A DNA stretch of 63,716 bases, counting the filler, from Rhabdomonas costata (Eukaryota): NCBI GenBank assembly GCA_019059605.1. It is 36 parts of 36 records of this genome, joined end to end, with 100 filler letters (N's around TTAATTAATTAA, not from the genome) between each part and the next. Parts side by side here need not be neighbours in the genome. Positions count along the whole stretch, not along the records: positions 49,587 to 51,322 come from JAHMHO010010938.1; positions 51,423 to 53,092 come from JAHMHO010010939.1; positions 53,193 to 54,862 come from JAHMHO010010940.1; positions 54,963 to 56,633 come from JAHMHO010010941.1; positions 56,734 to 58,403 come from JAHMHO010010942.1; positions 58,504 to 60,173 come from JAHMHO010010943.1; positions 60,274 to 61,943 come from JAHMHO010010944.1; positions 62,044 to 63,716 come from JAHMHO010010945.1; 28 more parts are not named here. One strand, 5' to 3'. Within the stretch, counting starts at the first letter, position 1, and each line of letters opens with the position of its first letter. The position numbers and the translations under genes are program-made. The notes under the pieces were generated by a model. The model was not told the DNA's origin. It saw nothing but the letters and a program-made list of their open reading frames with translations, and did not search any database. Shown piece after piece: positions 50,070 to 62,482 of this stretch.

Positions 50070-50982
50070 ATGGCTTCAGGCGGACTGAGTCACGCGGTGC
50101 TTCCTCAGAGACACCGTGTCCGTCCCTTTGCGGACGAAAATGGAGAAGATGGGGTTGGTGACAACCAGCTGGAGGAAAAGGAAAGCACCAAAACGGGGTT
50201 GGCTTTGCCTCCCGAAGCCCCGGTCATAAGGGCGCAGAGTAACTATGAATGTATGCCTTTCGGGGCAGCGGGGATGATGTTCAACTCAAAGAAACGTGTG
50301 GATTTCGCATCAGGGTTGCCTGGGGCCGACGGGTGCCGGGAGTCAATTTACCGCCCGAACCATCCATTCTGACCACACCCCGACATGTAACACTAACTCA
50401 AAGATGTGCGTTACTGGGAGACCCAGTTGGAGAACCTATCCCATATCTTCAGCCAAAACATGATCCGAAAGGTTAGGTTTCTGGGTTTTGAAATTAAAAA
50501 GTTAGGCGAAATGAAAAGAAATTTTATTGTCCTGGTTTCTTCACAGTTTTGGACCACACTGCTGATGTGCAGATTCATTCTTGTATGCCTGAAGCCTCAC
50601 TCATCCTTTGATTTGTTTGCTTCAGTCAGTTCAGTTTGCCACTGAAGATTCCTGATTTTTGTGCTTCACGCTTTAGTTGACATTTCACGGTTGCATCCGT
50701 CCGTGTGTGCATCCATGCATTCACCAAAAACAATTCACTCCCTGCTCACGTGTACTCGTGTGTCACACCGCTTTTTTTGCAAGCGGTTGCATCTTGAGAA
50801 AGCAGGCGCTTGGGACTTGCAACAGCTTGAGAATTTCCTACCTTTTCTCATTGGGCTCACTACAGGGGGCGTTGTCGTGGAGGAAGCGTTTGAGTTCGCA
50901 GCATTGGCAATGTTCGACTACATGACCGAGCGTCGCACTGTTGACATTGACGAGAGTTGTACCTATGACTTCACCGTGAACG
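50070..50982 (+). CDS. ZBTB8OS: Archease (RtcB tRNA-ligase cofactor), first three exons
   Basis: Exons 50070-50250, 50547-50582 and 50866-50982 join in phase 1: NYEF|LDHTADVQIHSW|GVVVEEAFEFAALAMFDYMT; DHTAD is the archease signature. Confidence 0.93.
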
Positions 50983-51449
50983 GTTTGCACTGTTCATCTG
51001 TTCACGCTGACCTGAAGGCAGAGGCTTTTTCTTTGCAGATGGTCGGGGATGCGAGGCGCACTTGTCCTTGTCGGCTAGCTCCCAACCGTTCCCTTCACGC
51101 AGACAGACACACAAGCAAGACGGCGCAAATGTGAAACCAACCCAAGAGGAGGACCTCGTCCAGGACATCCTTAGCAGAGTTGGTGGTAGTGGTGAGTCAC
51201 AGAACCTTCTCAACAGAGGTATTCAGGGGCTGTAGGCCCATGCTCCGCGGAACCTCCATAACCTGCGCTCATGGTGGGCAGCGCTGCGGAGCGACCTAGG
51301 TTCGTGACTCACCACCACACCCNNNNNNNNNNNNNNNNNNNNNNNNNNNNNNNNNNNNNNNNNNNNTTAATTAATTAANNNNNNNNNNNNNNNNNNNNNN
51401 NNNNNNNNNNNNNNNNNNNNNNGTGTTGGGTGTGGTTGGTTTTTTGGGT

Positions 51450-51690
51450 TCGCGCTCCAAAGCTCAAAAGATTAACGCTTGAGCTATATGCTGGTGAAAG
51501 ATCCTTCTGCGGTGAAGAATGGGATGCGCTTGGAGAGCTACACCAGTGTTCCTCTTTAGTTTGTCTGAGGTTAAGCTTGAAATTGGGCTTCTGCCGCAGC
51601 GCTGCTCCAGACGAGGTTGCTCGAGGGGAGGCTCTTCAAACGGAAATGCGGCACCACCTACCCTCCGCCGATGTCAGGTGGTGTCGGTAA
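51450..51690 (+). CDS. C-terminus of a possible LRR-like hypothetical protein
   Basis: APKLKRLTLEL...CSSLVCLRLSL has LxxLxL spacing; open to the contig edge. Confidence 0.35.
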
Positions 51691-53195
51691 TTCGGCGAGG
51701 AATTGGCAAGGAAACTTTTTTGGGTAGCTTGAAATCAAGGTGCAGGTGTCTCCTCTGCTGTGTGGGACAGGTTGAATACTGCTTCCGCGTTTATATAATA
51801 CCCGTTGATATTTTGCTGCGAGTGGAAATACGGGTTTCCCCATCAGAATGAACCCCATCAGAATCAACCCCATCAGAAGGCGTACTAGTTCTCTGGACCT
51901 TTGGTGACCATCTCTTTTGCTGGTTTTGTTCCACGGGAGGAGGGTGTTTGCTCCAAACAGAATTGCTCACAATATTCTGTGAATATCGAATATTATCCAG
52001 TACTCAAAAGCAGCGCTATTCTTCGCGCCCTCATCGGCGGTGGTTTTTTTCTTCTTTGACTTTGGGACAGTTGTGTCTGTTTGTTCTGTTTGTTGTGGTT
52101 GTTGTCTACTGCTTCTGTTGAAAAACTTGAGCACTTGAGCAAGGGGCGGAACATGCCACGGCACAGTAAAAGGCAAGCAAACATCACAGGCCATGGAGAC
52201 AGAAAATGGCGATCCGGTTTAATGGCAGTAGGCCGCGTTGACGCCGAGTTACGGCGAGAGCGATCAACAGTAACCAAGCGCAGCACACCAGGACAGGGCG
52301 GCACTCAAACACCACCACCACCATATTCCACCCCACCCCACCACATGGTATGTTTCTTTTTCCACTGACCACCGCTTCCCGCCCGCGGGACCTGTGGGAA
52401 AAGGTTTGCCTTTCTTCGGTACCTTTGCCGCTGGCCGCACCAGCCAGGATGCTAACATTCCGTTTCATGCCGTTCCCGTTGGCTGGCAGACCCTCATTGC
52501 GGAAAAAACTTCACCAACCGCCCGCCTATACAAATATACAGCTGCGCCACAGCGTCATCCACCCAGCGTTGGTAGGGGCATCGGCAAAACCTGGGTGTGA
52601 GAGCCAAGGTTGTGACTGCCGCCCGACGCCGGCCTACGGCGTTGGGAACGCGCGGTCGTTCATGCCAAACCTTGTCGCAGTGTATTCCCGCCAACCCTGC
52701 GGGCGCTTGGCGCGGATTTTGGAAGCGAAGAAACCGGGACCCCCAAGTCGGCGTCCGGGGCGCTTGACGAAAACCAAGCTCCGTTAGTGCCGCGCCTCGG
52801 AAGACTCAATTACCGACATATCCAAAGCAACCACGTCCTATCCCACAGCAAACCCACCCAAGCAGGCAGCACGGCCCCCTTTACCACATTTACGCGGAAG
52901 CCAACGTTGGATTGAGTGGACCTAGCCAACGGCCCAAGAAGCCCAGGCATCGCGAGCCCAGCAGCAAACTCTGGCCCCCATCGTGACCGCACAAAAAAAA
53001 CAAGAGATGAGCGGAACGCTATTTGGACAGCCCCATGTACAGACAGCGCCAAGGGGTTCTGCCCGTGACGGCCAACTCCTGGACCAACAAACNNNNNNNN
53101 NNNNNNNNNNNNNNNNNNNNNNNNNNNNNNNNNNNNTTAATTAATTAANNNNNNNNNNNNNNNNNNNNNNNNNNNNNNNNNNNNNNNNNNNNGAT

Positions 53196-53245
53196 GCCTG
53201 TTGTATATATAGAAGACCCCAGGCCTGCTTCGGTTTAGCCCTCTC
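53196..53245 (+). repeat. Dispersed short repeat, copy 2
   Basis: GCCTGTTGTATATATAGAAGACCCCAGGCCTGCTTCGGTTTAGCCCTCT matches 30198-30246. Confidence 0.85.
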
Positions 53246-53723
53246 CTTTGAGCCTTCTCCTCTGTAGCGTCTTTGGTTTAAAAAGAATGCCAAAAATAAT
53301 AACTGAAAACTCAATTTAAAGCAGAACCGCACCACGTTCGTCGCACGTTCAGGCAAAGGCAATAGAGTGGATTATGACAACGGATTCCAAAAATTGAAAC
53401 AAAAAAAGTAACTAAAATGCTAATTTTAATGAAGAACGGCAAACCGGTGCACACGATGAAAGCAGGAACAATTTGATAAATAAACTGGCTGACAAGGCGG
53501 AAAAGGTGGGAAGAATTTAAAGCAGAAGACTTTTTTACTGGTGATTCATCCCCACTCCTTGAAAATGATGTGAGAATCCGAAATAGCAATCTCCTGGACG
53601 CAAGTCACCATACTTAGAAACGCACACCACTATAACCAGCAGCCACATTTGTAAACTGGCCACATAAGTGGGCAGTACGCGTATTGACACCCCTGCAGCC
53701 CCCAGGCCCTTGGCCCCACACAC

Positions 53724-54376
53724 CTTCTGCTCTGGCGGTGCCGCAGGCCTTCTCCGAAGTCCTCAAAGAAGCGGTGCGTGAGAAGGGTCTTCGCGCTGGG
53801 CCGCTGCGGAGCGCCAAGCTGCAAGCAGCCCCGGATCAGCTCCGCGGCCACCGCTGGAACTCCCTTGAGGTCCCTGCACAACCACCCACCCGGTTATTCG
53901 CTTCACTCCCTCGCCCCGGTTGCAACTCTTTCTCGCCTGCTTGTGCATTCCTCAGGCCGGCCCTCGAGCTTTGGACTCGTGTTCATGAGAAAGTGGAGCG
54001 CGGGAAGACCTTGGGAACCTCGGCGGGCACTGAGAGGGCTTCTGCGAGCCTGAATCTTCGCAATAAGGTTTGGGGGCACATCTGAAGACGTGGCATTTCC
54101 AACCAGTGCCAACTGTGTTGTGCACCGGCCCATATGGGTGCCATTGGTTGCTGGAAGGAGTCCGTTCAAAACCCTACGTTATCTGCCAAGGGAGACGATA
54201 TCACACACAGCAAGGGAGCGGAAAACGCGCTCAGGGGGCTGAACAACTGCGAGGTAAAAGCAAGAGGACAGGACTAACTCGTTGGCAAACACACTTCAAG
54301 CGTATGTTCCCACTGCGGAGCTGATACAGCTGGCAGACCGGGTTGGCCAGCTGGACGTCAACAAATGGAAGCTCCC
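53724..54376 (-). CDS. Ser/Thr protein kinase, subdomains IX-XI, two exons
   Basis: Exons 54376-54295 and 53873-53724 join in phase 2: GELPF...K|DLKGVPAVAAELIRGCLQLGAPQRPSAKTLLTHRFF. Confidence 0.8.
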
Positions 54377-56174
54377 CTAAACATCGCCAACCCCACAATA
54401 AAAAGCCACGGAAACACCAAAACGAAACAATCCTTCTTTGTAGCTGCCTACCCAAGCTAATCTGGCTCAGCCTGACAACCGCGCTGCATGGTAACTGGGT
54501 ACTAGTATATAGTCTGTGAGCGTGACAGCGGCGTGAGAGCAAACCCCCAGGGGAGTTCGAGTCAACTAGCCAACTGCATGTCCAGCAGCTTGCAGGCGAT
54601 CGAGACACACAGAGGGCCCCTCAGAGAGGCTAATTTTGGCTTCTGGGACCACCGCAAGTTCGGGTGCACTTTCATTCCCGCCAACGCAATCATCGCCAAC
54701 GCCATCGCATCAGCGTTTACCGCGATTTCCTTCGTTTCTTTCGTAATTTTCTATTTGTTTCAGCGCCTGCAAATCCATCTCACTGCACACCCCGAGGAGA
54801 ACGTGGGCGTCAAACGGCAAAAGCGAGAATGCAAGACAACCGGCTGCATTGGCACACCCCCCNNNNNNNNNNNNNNNNNNNNNNNNNNNNNNNNNNNNNN
54901 NNNNNNTTAATTAATTAANNNNNNNNNNNNNNNNNNNNNNNNNNNNNNNNNNNNNNNNNNNNGGTTGGGGTGCAGAATTAAGACCCCAAGTTTCGGACCG
55001 GAATTTCGCGTGCCCTTTGCTTTGTAAAACTCCACACCACTTGCGCATCAGCAACAGTTGCCCAAAAATGCAGAACTAAATATCAACTTGTTGTTTTGGA
55101 ACCTAGGGGCTCGTGGAGTACTTACCCTTTGGGATGCAATTTGCAACAGAAATCGAGGAAAAGAAAACTAATTAGGGTCAAACTCACAATTATATTCGCT
55201 ATGATTGCCCATGAACACCCTGCTGAGCTCGTCAAATGCAGAAGCTCCAAAACCGCACATGAACGACGCTGCAATGTAGATATTCCGTCGAAAATCGCCA
55301 GAAGGGAACAAAAAAGCGGCTTTTGCTCGAGAAAAGCCACTCGAGTGTTCGAGTCATAAAACGAGGGTGGCGGCAAACGAGTGAGCATTTCTCGCCCTTG
55401 GCTCGGATAGAGCGCGGGAAAGGGGCTTATCTAGAAGCGCTGTAAACGGGCATTTTCTCGGAAAAGGAAAAGTGGATACAGTTCAAATAACAATGACCCC
55501 CCCAAAAAAACTAAGTCCAAATATCAGTGGAGAGAAAACGCACCCTGCCCCAGAGCTCGATAGGGGAAGCACCGAAGACAATTATTTCTGCATTTGATGC
55601 AGAAAACGGGGGCGGAAAATGACGTCGCGTGTATGTGAGAGGGAGGCCCAATCCCCGTCTCGAAACGTGCAGCCCTGAGCTTTACAAACCCACCCCTTGT
55701 ATCGCCACTCGATTCAATTGAACTGGTATATTTGGGGGCTGTAACGAGGGCACATAATAACCAACAACAGAAGATGCCGCACCGTATGTACGAGCCACCC
55801 TTTTTTCTCAGCTCGGGCGGGTGTGGGAGTGAATGCGTCCAAATCCAGAGCGTGGGTGTTGACAACGACATGATTGCCCGAAATCGATGGTGCGATATTA
55901 GGACCCCATCTAGGACTCTTGGCCGGATCGCTTGTCACGTGGCGTGGAAGGAGGGCAGTGGGAATTGCCTTTGTGTGCCTTCACGTCTCCGTCTCTGCGC
56001 GCGTGCGCGTGCCTGTGTGTGTCGGTATGTGTGTGGGGGCGGGTGGCGAGTGGGGGCAAACTTACCATCAACCCGGATTCATCTCCGGGTGAAGAAAAAT
56101 GTTGCGTCCGCATGAATTCATGACCAAAGGAAAATACTTTAAGTCACGGTAACGGCAGGTGTGTTTCGGGTCCT

Positions 56175-56386
56175 TTAGCGGTCGATCTCCCCAAAGACGA
56201 TATCCATGGTGCCCAGCACTGCGACGAGGTCACGCAACAGCAGGGTCTGTACCATGTACGGCAGCGCGGAAAGGTGCAAGTACGACGGGGCCCGGACGTG
56301 GGCTCGGTAGGGCAGGGTGTCGCCGTCGCCCTGCAGGAACACTCCTAGCTCCCCCTTGGGGGACTCCGCAGCAACGTACACCGAGC
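56175..56386 (-). CDS. NDUFS2: Complex I 49-kDa subunit (NDUFS2/Nad7), terminal exon
   Basis: CAG| then YVAAESPKGELGVFL...PYRAHVRAPS...DLVAVLGTMDIVFGEIDR*; similarity stops at the acceptor. Confidence 0.95.
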
Positions 56387-56807
56387 CTGGGACCCAAAGG
56401 AAGCTAGGGAGGCAGCGGAAAGCCGCCGCAAAACCAATAAGAGAAAGGGTCCGTTATTTACACATGTCAAGAAGTGAACTTAGGTTACACAGTGTGTTGT
56501 ATAAACAGAAATGAAGAAAGGGCATTTAGCAGTTTCCTCCGGAATCCGATGATAGCAGATTCACATCATTTCCACGCTTTCGACCTGCCTGATGTCGCCC
56601 GTGTCATACCAAAAGTGCGAGATAAAAACAACANNNNNNNNNNNNNNNNNNNNNNNNNNNNNNNNNNNNNNNNNNNNTTAATTAATTAANNNNNNNNNNN
56701 NNNNNNNNNNNNNNNNNNNNNNNNNNNNNNNNNTTGGGAGGGAGGGAGGAAGGGAGGATCGAAATTAAAACTGTGTGAGAGTACCAGGGGAAAGTTTCCC
56801 TGGAGAC

Positions 56808-57510
56808 CCGGAAGGTGAGGTCCCAGGGAGCTGCGGCGGCACCGTGGCGGGCCTTGTGGGGGGCGAGAGGAACTCCCGTGCCTCCTCGAGCTGCTCCTCC
56901 AACAGGACAAACGGGCGCCCGGCCTGGGGCTTGGGGAAGGCCCCCCCTGTGTGGCAATATATTTTTTGGATGGGTTTTTTTGCAATGTGCTTACAGCCTT
57001 TCAGATGGACACGCCGCACAGTGGAGAAAGACAACCCAGTTTGCAACTCAGCTCGGTCTCATGGAACGCTGTAATAATAGTGCAGTGGCAGCAGTGCAGA
57101 CTACCAAATCGTCGTCGTCTGTTTTCAGCAGCAAGATGCGTAAAAAATTCCGGGGCCCAAGAATGGGACAAGGCCAGCAGTAGACGGGGGCATGAGGGGA
57201 AGAAGCGCAAGGCAAGGGCGACGAAAAAGCGTTCCGCACCGGATAGAAGAAACGCAGTGAGCGCTTCCCTGGCGTCCACGTCGGGATTCCGAAGCAACTA
57301 CAAGGCAGAACGAGAACACAACAGCACAGAAAGAGCAGGCTCCCAGAGCAGCCTCCCTGCGCCCAAAAACAATGCGACATAAGGGTGGTGGTGATGGGGG
57401 AACTAGTTACTTAGGTGAGCGAACGCGCATGCCGTTTGCATCATTCCATGGTAGAGGATGTGGATCTTCTTGTCCCGGACATACTCCACCTGGCTGCTGC
57501 TGGTAGACAT
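56808..57510 (-). CDS. Protein with an N-terminal RIIa/Dpy-30-like dimerisation-docking domain, three exons, partial
   Basis: Exons 57510-57433 (GC donor), 57297-57240 and 56946-~56808 join in phase: VEYVRDKKIHILYHGMMQT|LLRNPDVDAREALTAFLLSG. Confidence 0.65.
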
Positions 57511-57771
57511 CTTGTCAAAGTATGAGAAGCGAACCCACACACGAACAAGCACGAACACACAACGAACAGTGGTATGCAAGGGAGAGCTGCGAGAAGGAAA
57601 ATCCAGGAAAGAGGGATGATTACTCATGGGAAGATTAGCTCAACGAAATGCGGAAACTCGCTAAGCCGCCATGCTGCACATCGGAATGAACATCGGAGTG
57701 CATCCACGCTCATTCACGCACACGTTCACAGACCAACTTTTTGTGAAGCGAGTGTGAGAGGGTGCAAGTTA

Positions 57772-57855
57772 TAGGGCTAAGCCGAATCACCGAAAATAAA
57801 GGGCTAAGCCAAAGCAGGCCTCGGGGTGTTTTGTAAAATACAGCAGGCCTCCAGG
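57772..57855 (-). repeat. Dispersed short repeat, copy 3
   Basis: Reverse complement reads CTGGAGGCCTGCTGTATTTTACAAAACACCCCGAGGCCTGCTTTGGCTTAGCCCT, matching 30192-30244. Confidence 0.85.
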
Positions 57856-58222
57856 AGATGAATTATTAAATAGTTCACTGGTCCCACACGGCTGCAGAGT
57901 CCGTGGATTTCAACATGGATTCTCAGTCTCGGAGGAAGAAGAAAATCCGAACCGTGACCTGTGGAGAAACGGTTCTGAGAGGCCGATAACTGCGCGCAGT
58001 GACCCGGAATTGGGCATTGCGGATGCCACCAAATACCCACTGCACTGCAAAGGTGGGGAAGTACAACAACTTTTATCAACAGTGCCCAGGGCATCCAAAC
58101 GTGCTTTTGGGCGAGTCCGGAACGCCAGCCATCTTAATCACAAGGAACAGAACATGAATCGTAACAGTAGTAATATCAGAGATACCACAGCCCCCTCCTC
58201 TTGAAACGCACTGGAAAGAGTG

Positions 58223-58400
58223 CTATGCCCTTTCCAGGACAACGGAGAGGACGCGGGTCTTGCGGTGAAACTTCGCCGAGTAGCCCTCCGTGCGCACCGC
58301 CGAAGGCAGTACCAGGTCCACTGCGCAGCCCCTCGAGGCCACACTGAGCCTCACGGACATCGACGACACCACCTGGACCTGAAGCCGAGAGGCCACCAAA
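58223..58400 (-). CDS. C-terminal CS/HSP20-like domain (PIH1-like)
   Basis: VRLSVASRGCAVDLVLPSAVRTEGYSAKFHRKTRVLSVVLERA* has the LP..V.....AKF.K....L.V.L CS-domain ending; absent from the ORF track. Confidence 0.7.
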
Positions 58401-59356
58401 AACNNNNNNNNNNNNNNNNNNNNNNNNNNNNNNNNNNNNNNNNNNNNTTAATTAATTAANNNNNNNNNNNNNNNNNNNNNNNNNNNNNNNNNNNNNNNNN
58501 NNNGGTTGGTGTGGACTTTTGTTCCTGCTGGGGACAAAGCGCCAGCCTTTCAGAAAAAAGGCTCAACATAGGTGTAACCCGATTTCGGAACCGGTCATTC
58601 TACATGAACGAGATGTTGATTGGACCATGTCCGCTCTCAAAATTTAAGAAGATTTATTCTTTATTCTTTATTCTCCCTGTTTTTCAGACGTTAGGGGACG
58701 ATTGCATTGAGGAGTGTTAATGCTTAACACTGCTGTTTTTGGTTTTTGTGGATTTTTCGGAATGGTTGTCGTTGCTGGGTGTTGCTCCGTTTAGCACTGG
58801 TAACAGATGGAAGCGGTCACTTCTTTCTGGACGATATTATTTTTTGGGTCCGGGGATTGGGTAAGCCGCGCCAACCATCGTGCATTTACTGAAGCAAAAT
58901 GGGGTTAGCTTAACTGTTTCCACTTGGTAGAAATATTTCACTTAACCGGACCGGGCACGAGTATTATGCGACTTAGCAAAACGTTTAAAGCCGCCAAAAA
59001 GAACAGGGATGGGCTCAGCACAATTGGCATCACACAGCTGTCGAAACCTCAGTACTAGTGCTTGCTGCCCATGCCAGGATGCAGCGCTAGCCCGCGCGTA
59101 AAACTCCGTGCGTTCCGGAAAAGGAGACACAGAAAACTGAATTGTGTGCTGCCGCACTCACGCAAGAAAAACGACGCGAGGGAAGGGGGAAGGGCGCTGG
59201 TGGGTTGCACGCGATCCGAAGGGTTTGCGAAATTTTCAGTGATTTCCGGACAAAACAACGACTTTTTTAGCGGCATTAAGTCTAAGCTTCAACGTTCCGT
59301 GACCAGTTTCCGCTGAATGATCGTTTCAGCTGTAATTCTCACATAGGTACACAAAC

Positions 59357-59530
59357 CTGTGCAGCTGCCGCTCTGCGACCAGGCCCCGTTCGAACCACAC
59401 GACAGAGTACCCCCTCCGGTGTACCCTGTGGCGCAGCTAAAGGTGCAGGTCATTCCTGCCATAGTGCCCAGGGGGCACACCGGGGCGGCAGCATTGGAAG
59501 GTGTTCCGGGAGAGCTGCAGTAAACCGCCG
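59357..59530 (-). CDS. Sushi/CCP domain exon
   Basis: 174-nt exon: YCSSPGTPSNA...GMTCTFSCATGYTGGGTLSCGSNGAWSQSGSCT, with the C...CxFxCxxGY...C..NG.WS...C pattern. Confidence 0.8.
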
Positions 59531-60273
59531 CTGTGAATACAGAAAAGCGATTAAGAAGTAAGAGAGAGGTAGAAACAAACGAAACGTTCTGGGATACTAA
59601 TAAGGAGATGAGAGCTCACAGAAACCGTCAAAACACTCAAATATTGCCACCACCCCCCTTGGAGTGTTTCTATGCTCGAGAGATTGTTGCTGTGGAGGTC
59701 TTTCTGGTTCCAGCGGGGCTTTGCACTTGAGCTTATCCTCTGCTCGTGAACGGAGTTCGGTGGATACCCTGATCAACACATTTACAAAACGGTCGCACCA
59801 AGTATATGATTCCGAGTGATCCGCGTGACGGTAATTTTCTTTTTGATATGGAACAGGGGTCCCCAGGAATTCGTATTTTCTTTGTCACACACACGGTTCG
59901 TAAAATTCAAAAAGAATCAAGATAGCTCATAAAACTTCGTATTTTTCTCCTTTTCGACAGGTAAATACTTGTGGTATTTTCTTCTGAAAACTCATGAAGA
60001 TGTTTATACGAGTCAATCAGAACCCCTGTGCGAGAAATGGATGTGCTGGAAGACTGTGATCGTGCTTGCAGCGAAGTCTCCAAAGTGGAACATTGTGGAG
60101 ATCCTGTCATTTACAATGGAAAAGGGGTCTCGTTGGGGGTCGGTTGGCAATGGGAACCCTTGCCAACCAAACCNNNNNNNNNNNNNNNNNNNNNNNNNNN
60201 NNNNNNNNNNNNNNNNNTTAATTAATTAANNNNNNNNNNNNNNNNNNNNNNNNNNNNNNNNNNNNNNNNNNNN

Positions 60274-61387
60274 AGATACGTGGCAGACTGCTTTGAAAGG
60301 GCCTGCTCGGCCTTGATGGCGCGTTGAAACAGGTCCAGAGCTAGCCCTAGGTTCCCCCTCTGCTTCTCCAGGCACCCGAAGTTGTTCAGGGTGGCTGTAG
60401 GACAAAAAAGACAAAAACAAAAGAAAAAGCACCACCAGTGTCAAATTAAAACCTCGTTTGGAAAGTGTTTAGTGGGTAAATGCAGTTAAACTGGAGGTAG
60501 GAGGTACAGTTTCAGAACGGGAGAGTTGGACCACTCTCTGCCAACGTTAGTCAGTTTCTTTGAGCCGCGTCCACAAAAGACACCCACTGACATCCGGGAG
60601 TCTCTCTCATTAATGAGCAGCTTTCCCGCATCACTCTTTGATCTTCAAAGTATTCAGCTCAACGAAACGGTGAGTGGGTGGTGACCGCGCGCGCAGCACG
60701 CACTCAAGAGATGCCAAGGAGGAGAGTTCTGGGAGGTCCCCAGGCGACATCATCTGTCAAGTCACTGCAGTATACAGGAGAGCCAGTAACGCACACAACC
60801 GCGCACACCGGAGTAAAGCTGCAGCCGGACCTCCCGGGGTAGCACAGGGGCCAGCAGACCCTTAGGGGATGCCATCGCATAGGCCGAACTCAGCATCGCA
60901 GCGGCCTCCTCGAACCTCTGCTGCTTCAAAGCCTCCACGCTGAACTGGTTCAGCAGCCCCAGGTGACGTTCCGCCGCCTGTTTTTTCCCAGAAAAATAAG
61001 AGATCGTTGCAAATTTTTCTTCCTTTCTTCTCCGGGTTGATGTTTGAATGGAGCTTCGTAGGTTGGTATCACTCTCCCTATCAGCTAATCTATTGCTGCA
61101 TTACTCAGGCCTGTTGTCCAAGTACTCTCTCACTCCTTCCTTCCTTGGTTCACTCCCTGTCACATACAGAGCCGTTCCGTTTCCCCTAGATGAGCACTGA
61201 ACATTGCTTGACATCACTCTTCTGTGCAGCCACAACCCGGGCATACTGCCCTCCTTATGTCCACCGCCACATTCCCCTACTTGCACATATCCGTTTTAAT
61301 CTTTCCCTCGCTAAATCTGAGTTTATAGGAAGAAGAAGGGAAAAAATCCAACACCGGTATCTTCAACTTCTCACCCGATTGGGACAT
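60274..61387 (-). CDS. TPR-repeat protein, first four exons
   Basis: Exons 61387-61355, 60977-60860, 60753-60715 (GC donor) and 60394-60274 join in phase: LNQFSVEALKQQRFEEAAAMLSSA...ATLNNFGCLEKQRGNLGLALDLFQRAIKAE. Confidence 0.78.
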
Positions 61388-62233
61388 CACCGAACCTTCT
61401 CTGAAAGCTCTCCGCTCACTTGCCGTATTTTTATCTCCTGAGACAAACCAAGCAAAGGCAGGCTGTTGCCTGCAAAGCAAGAGAGCCCACACAACCACAA
61501 CCGTGCTACAGGCTACGCAGGCGGGGGTCCAGCTGTTTCTCAAAGGGTTGGAAGTCTCAACGCCGCACAGGCGGAGGCCAGTCTTTTCACGCACGCGGAT
61601 TTGCCCTCGACCGCTCATTCTTGCTACCCACCACGGAAGAGGAGGATTTCTCGACGGAACCACAGCGACGGGGCAACAATCATCAAATCATTCCCGACCG
61701 GATTCAAAACGGAGGGGAACGGGGAGTGCCGTGCCTGGATCAGGTCCTCGTCGCAAGAAGCGCAAGGCCCCAGAGTGGCCCTCTTGTTTAGCCACCGCGA
61801 GAGCAGCTGCTCGGAGGAGGACAGCAGCTGTTTCTCCTGTAGCCATCCAACCGACGTCCCAAACCAACACCCTAACACGAAATCATTCCCCAATAGTTGG
61901 TGGCTTGGCCATTCTGCTTCTGTTGTTTGCTGCACCCAAAAAANNNNNNNNNNNNNNNNNNNNNNNNNNNNNNNNNNNNNNNNNNNNTTAATTAATTAAN
62001 NNNNNNNNNNNNNNNNNNNNNNNNNNNNNNNNNNNNNNNNNNNGAAGGGGGGGGGGGGCGAAGTTAAGGCAAAACGTGTTTTTTTACCATAAATGGAAAT
62101 TTGAGCTTAAATGCAACCCGTAAAAAAAGGGGCGATGCAGAAAAAATACGTAACTTAGGGAAAACTTCATATCAAGATGGGCAAGCTCAGCCGAACGATA
62201 TTACGATATTACTGTTGGTAAACAACGTACCCC

Positions 62234-62280
<47 letters not shown>

Positions 62281-62482
62281 CGGTCTCACGTGACGACGTG
62301 CAACGAAAGCGATGCATGTTTGGGAAAGACGACGAGTGGCGAGGCGTCCGATACTAGTCCTAGACTTCACTGCAAAACATCGTAATACCGTACATAATAA
62401 TAAAATCGATGCGGGGTTTAACACTATCCCAAATGACTACTTCCTACCAACAGACACCCAGCCTCGCATACGCTTTACACAC

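Noticed and set aside
51838-51878. 15-bp unit CCCCATCAGAAT(G/C)AA repeated nearly three times
   Set aside because: Short local minisatellite with no spacers or other copies seen.
1673-62043. Regularly spaced TTAATTAATTAA as a CRISPR-like or biological repeat
   Set aside because: Always embedded in N runs at fixed length; it is an assembly spacer. ORF-track peptides ending in XXXLIN are artefacts of it.
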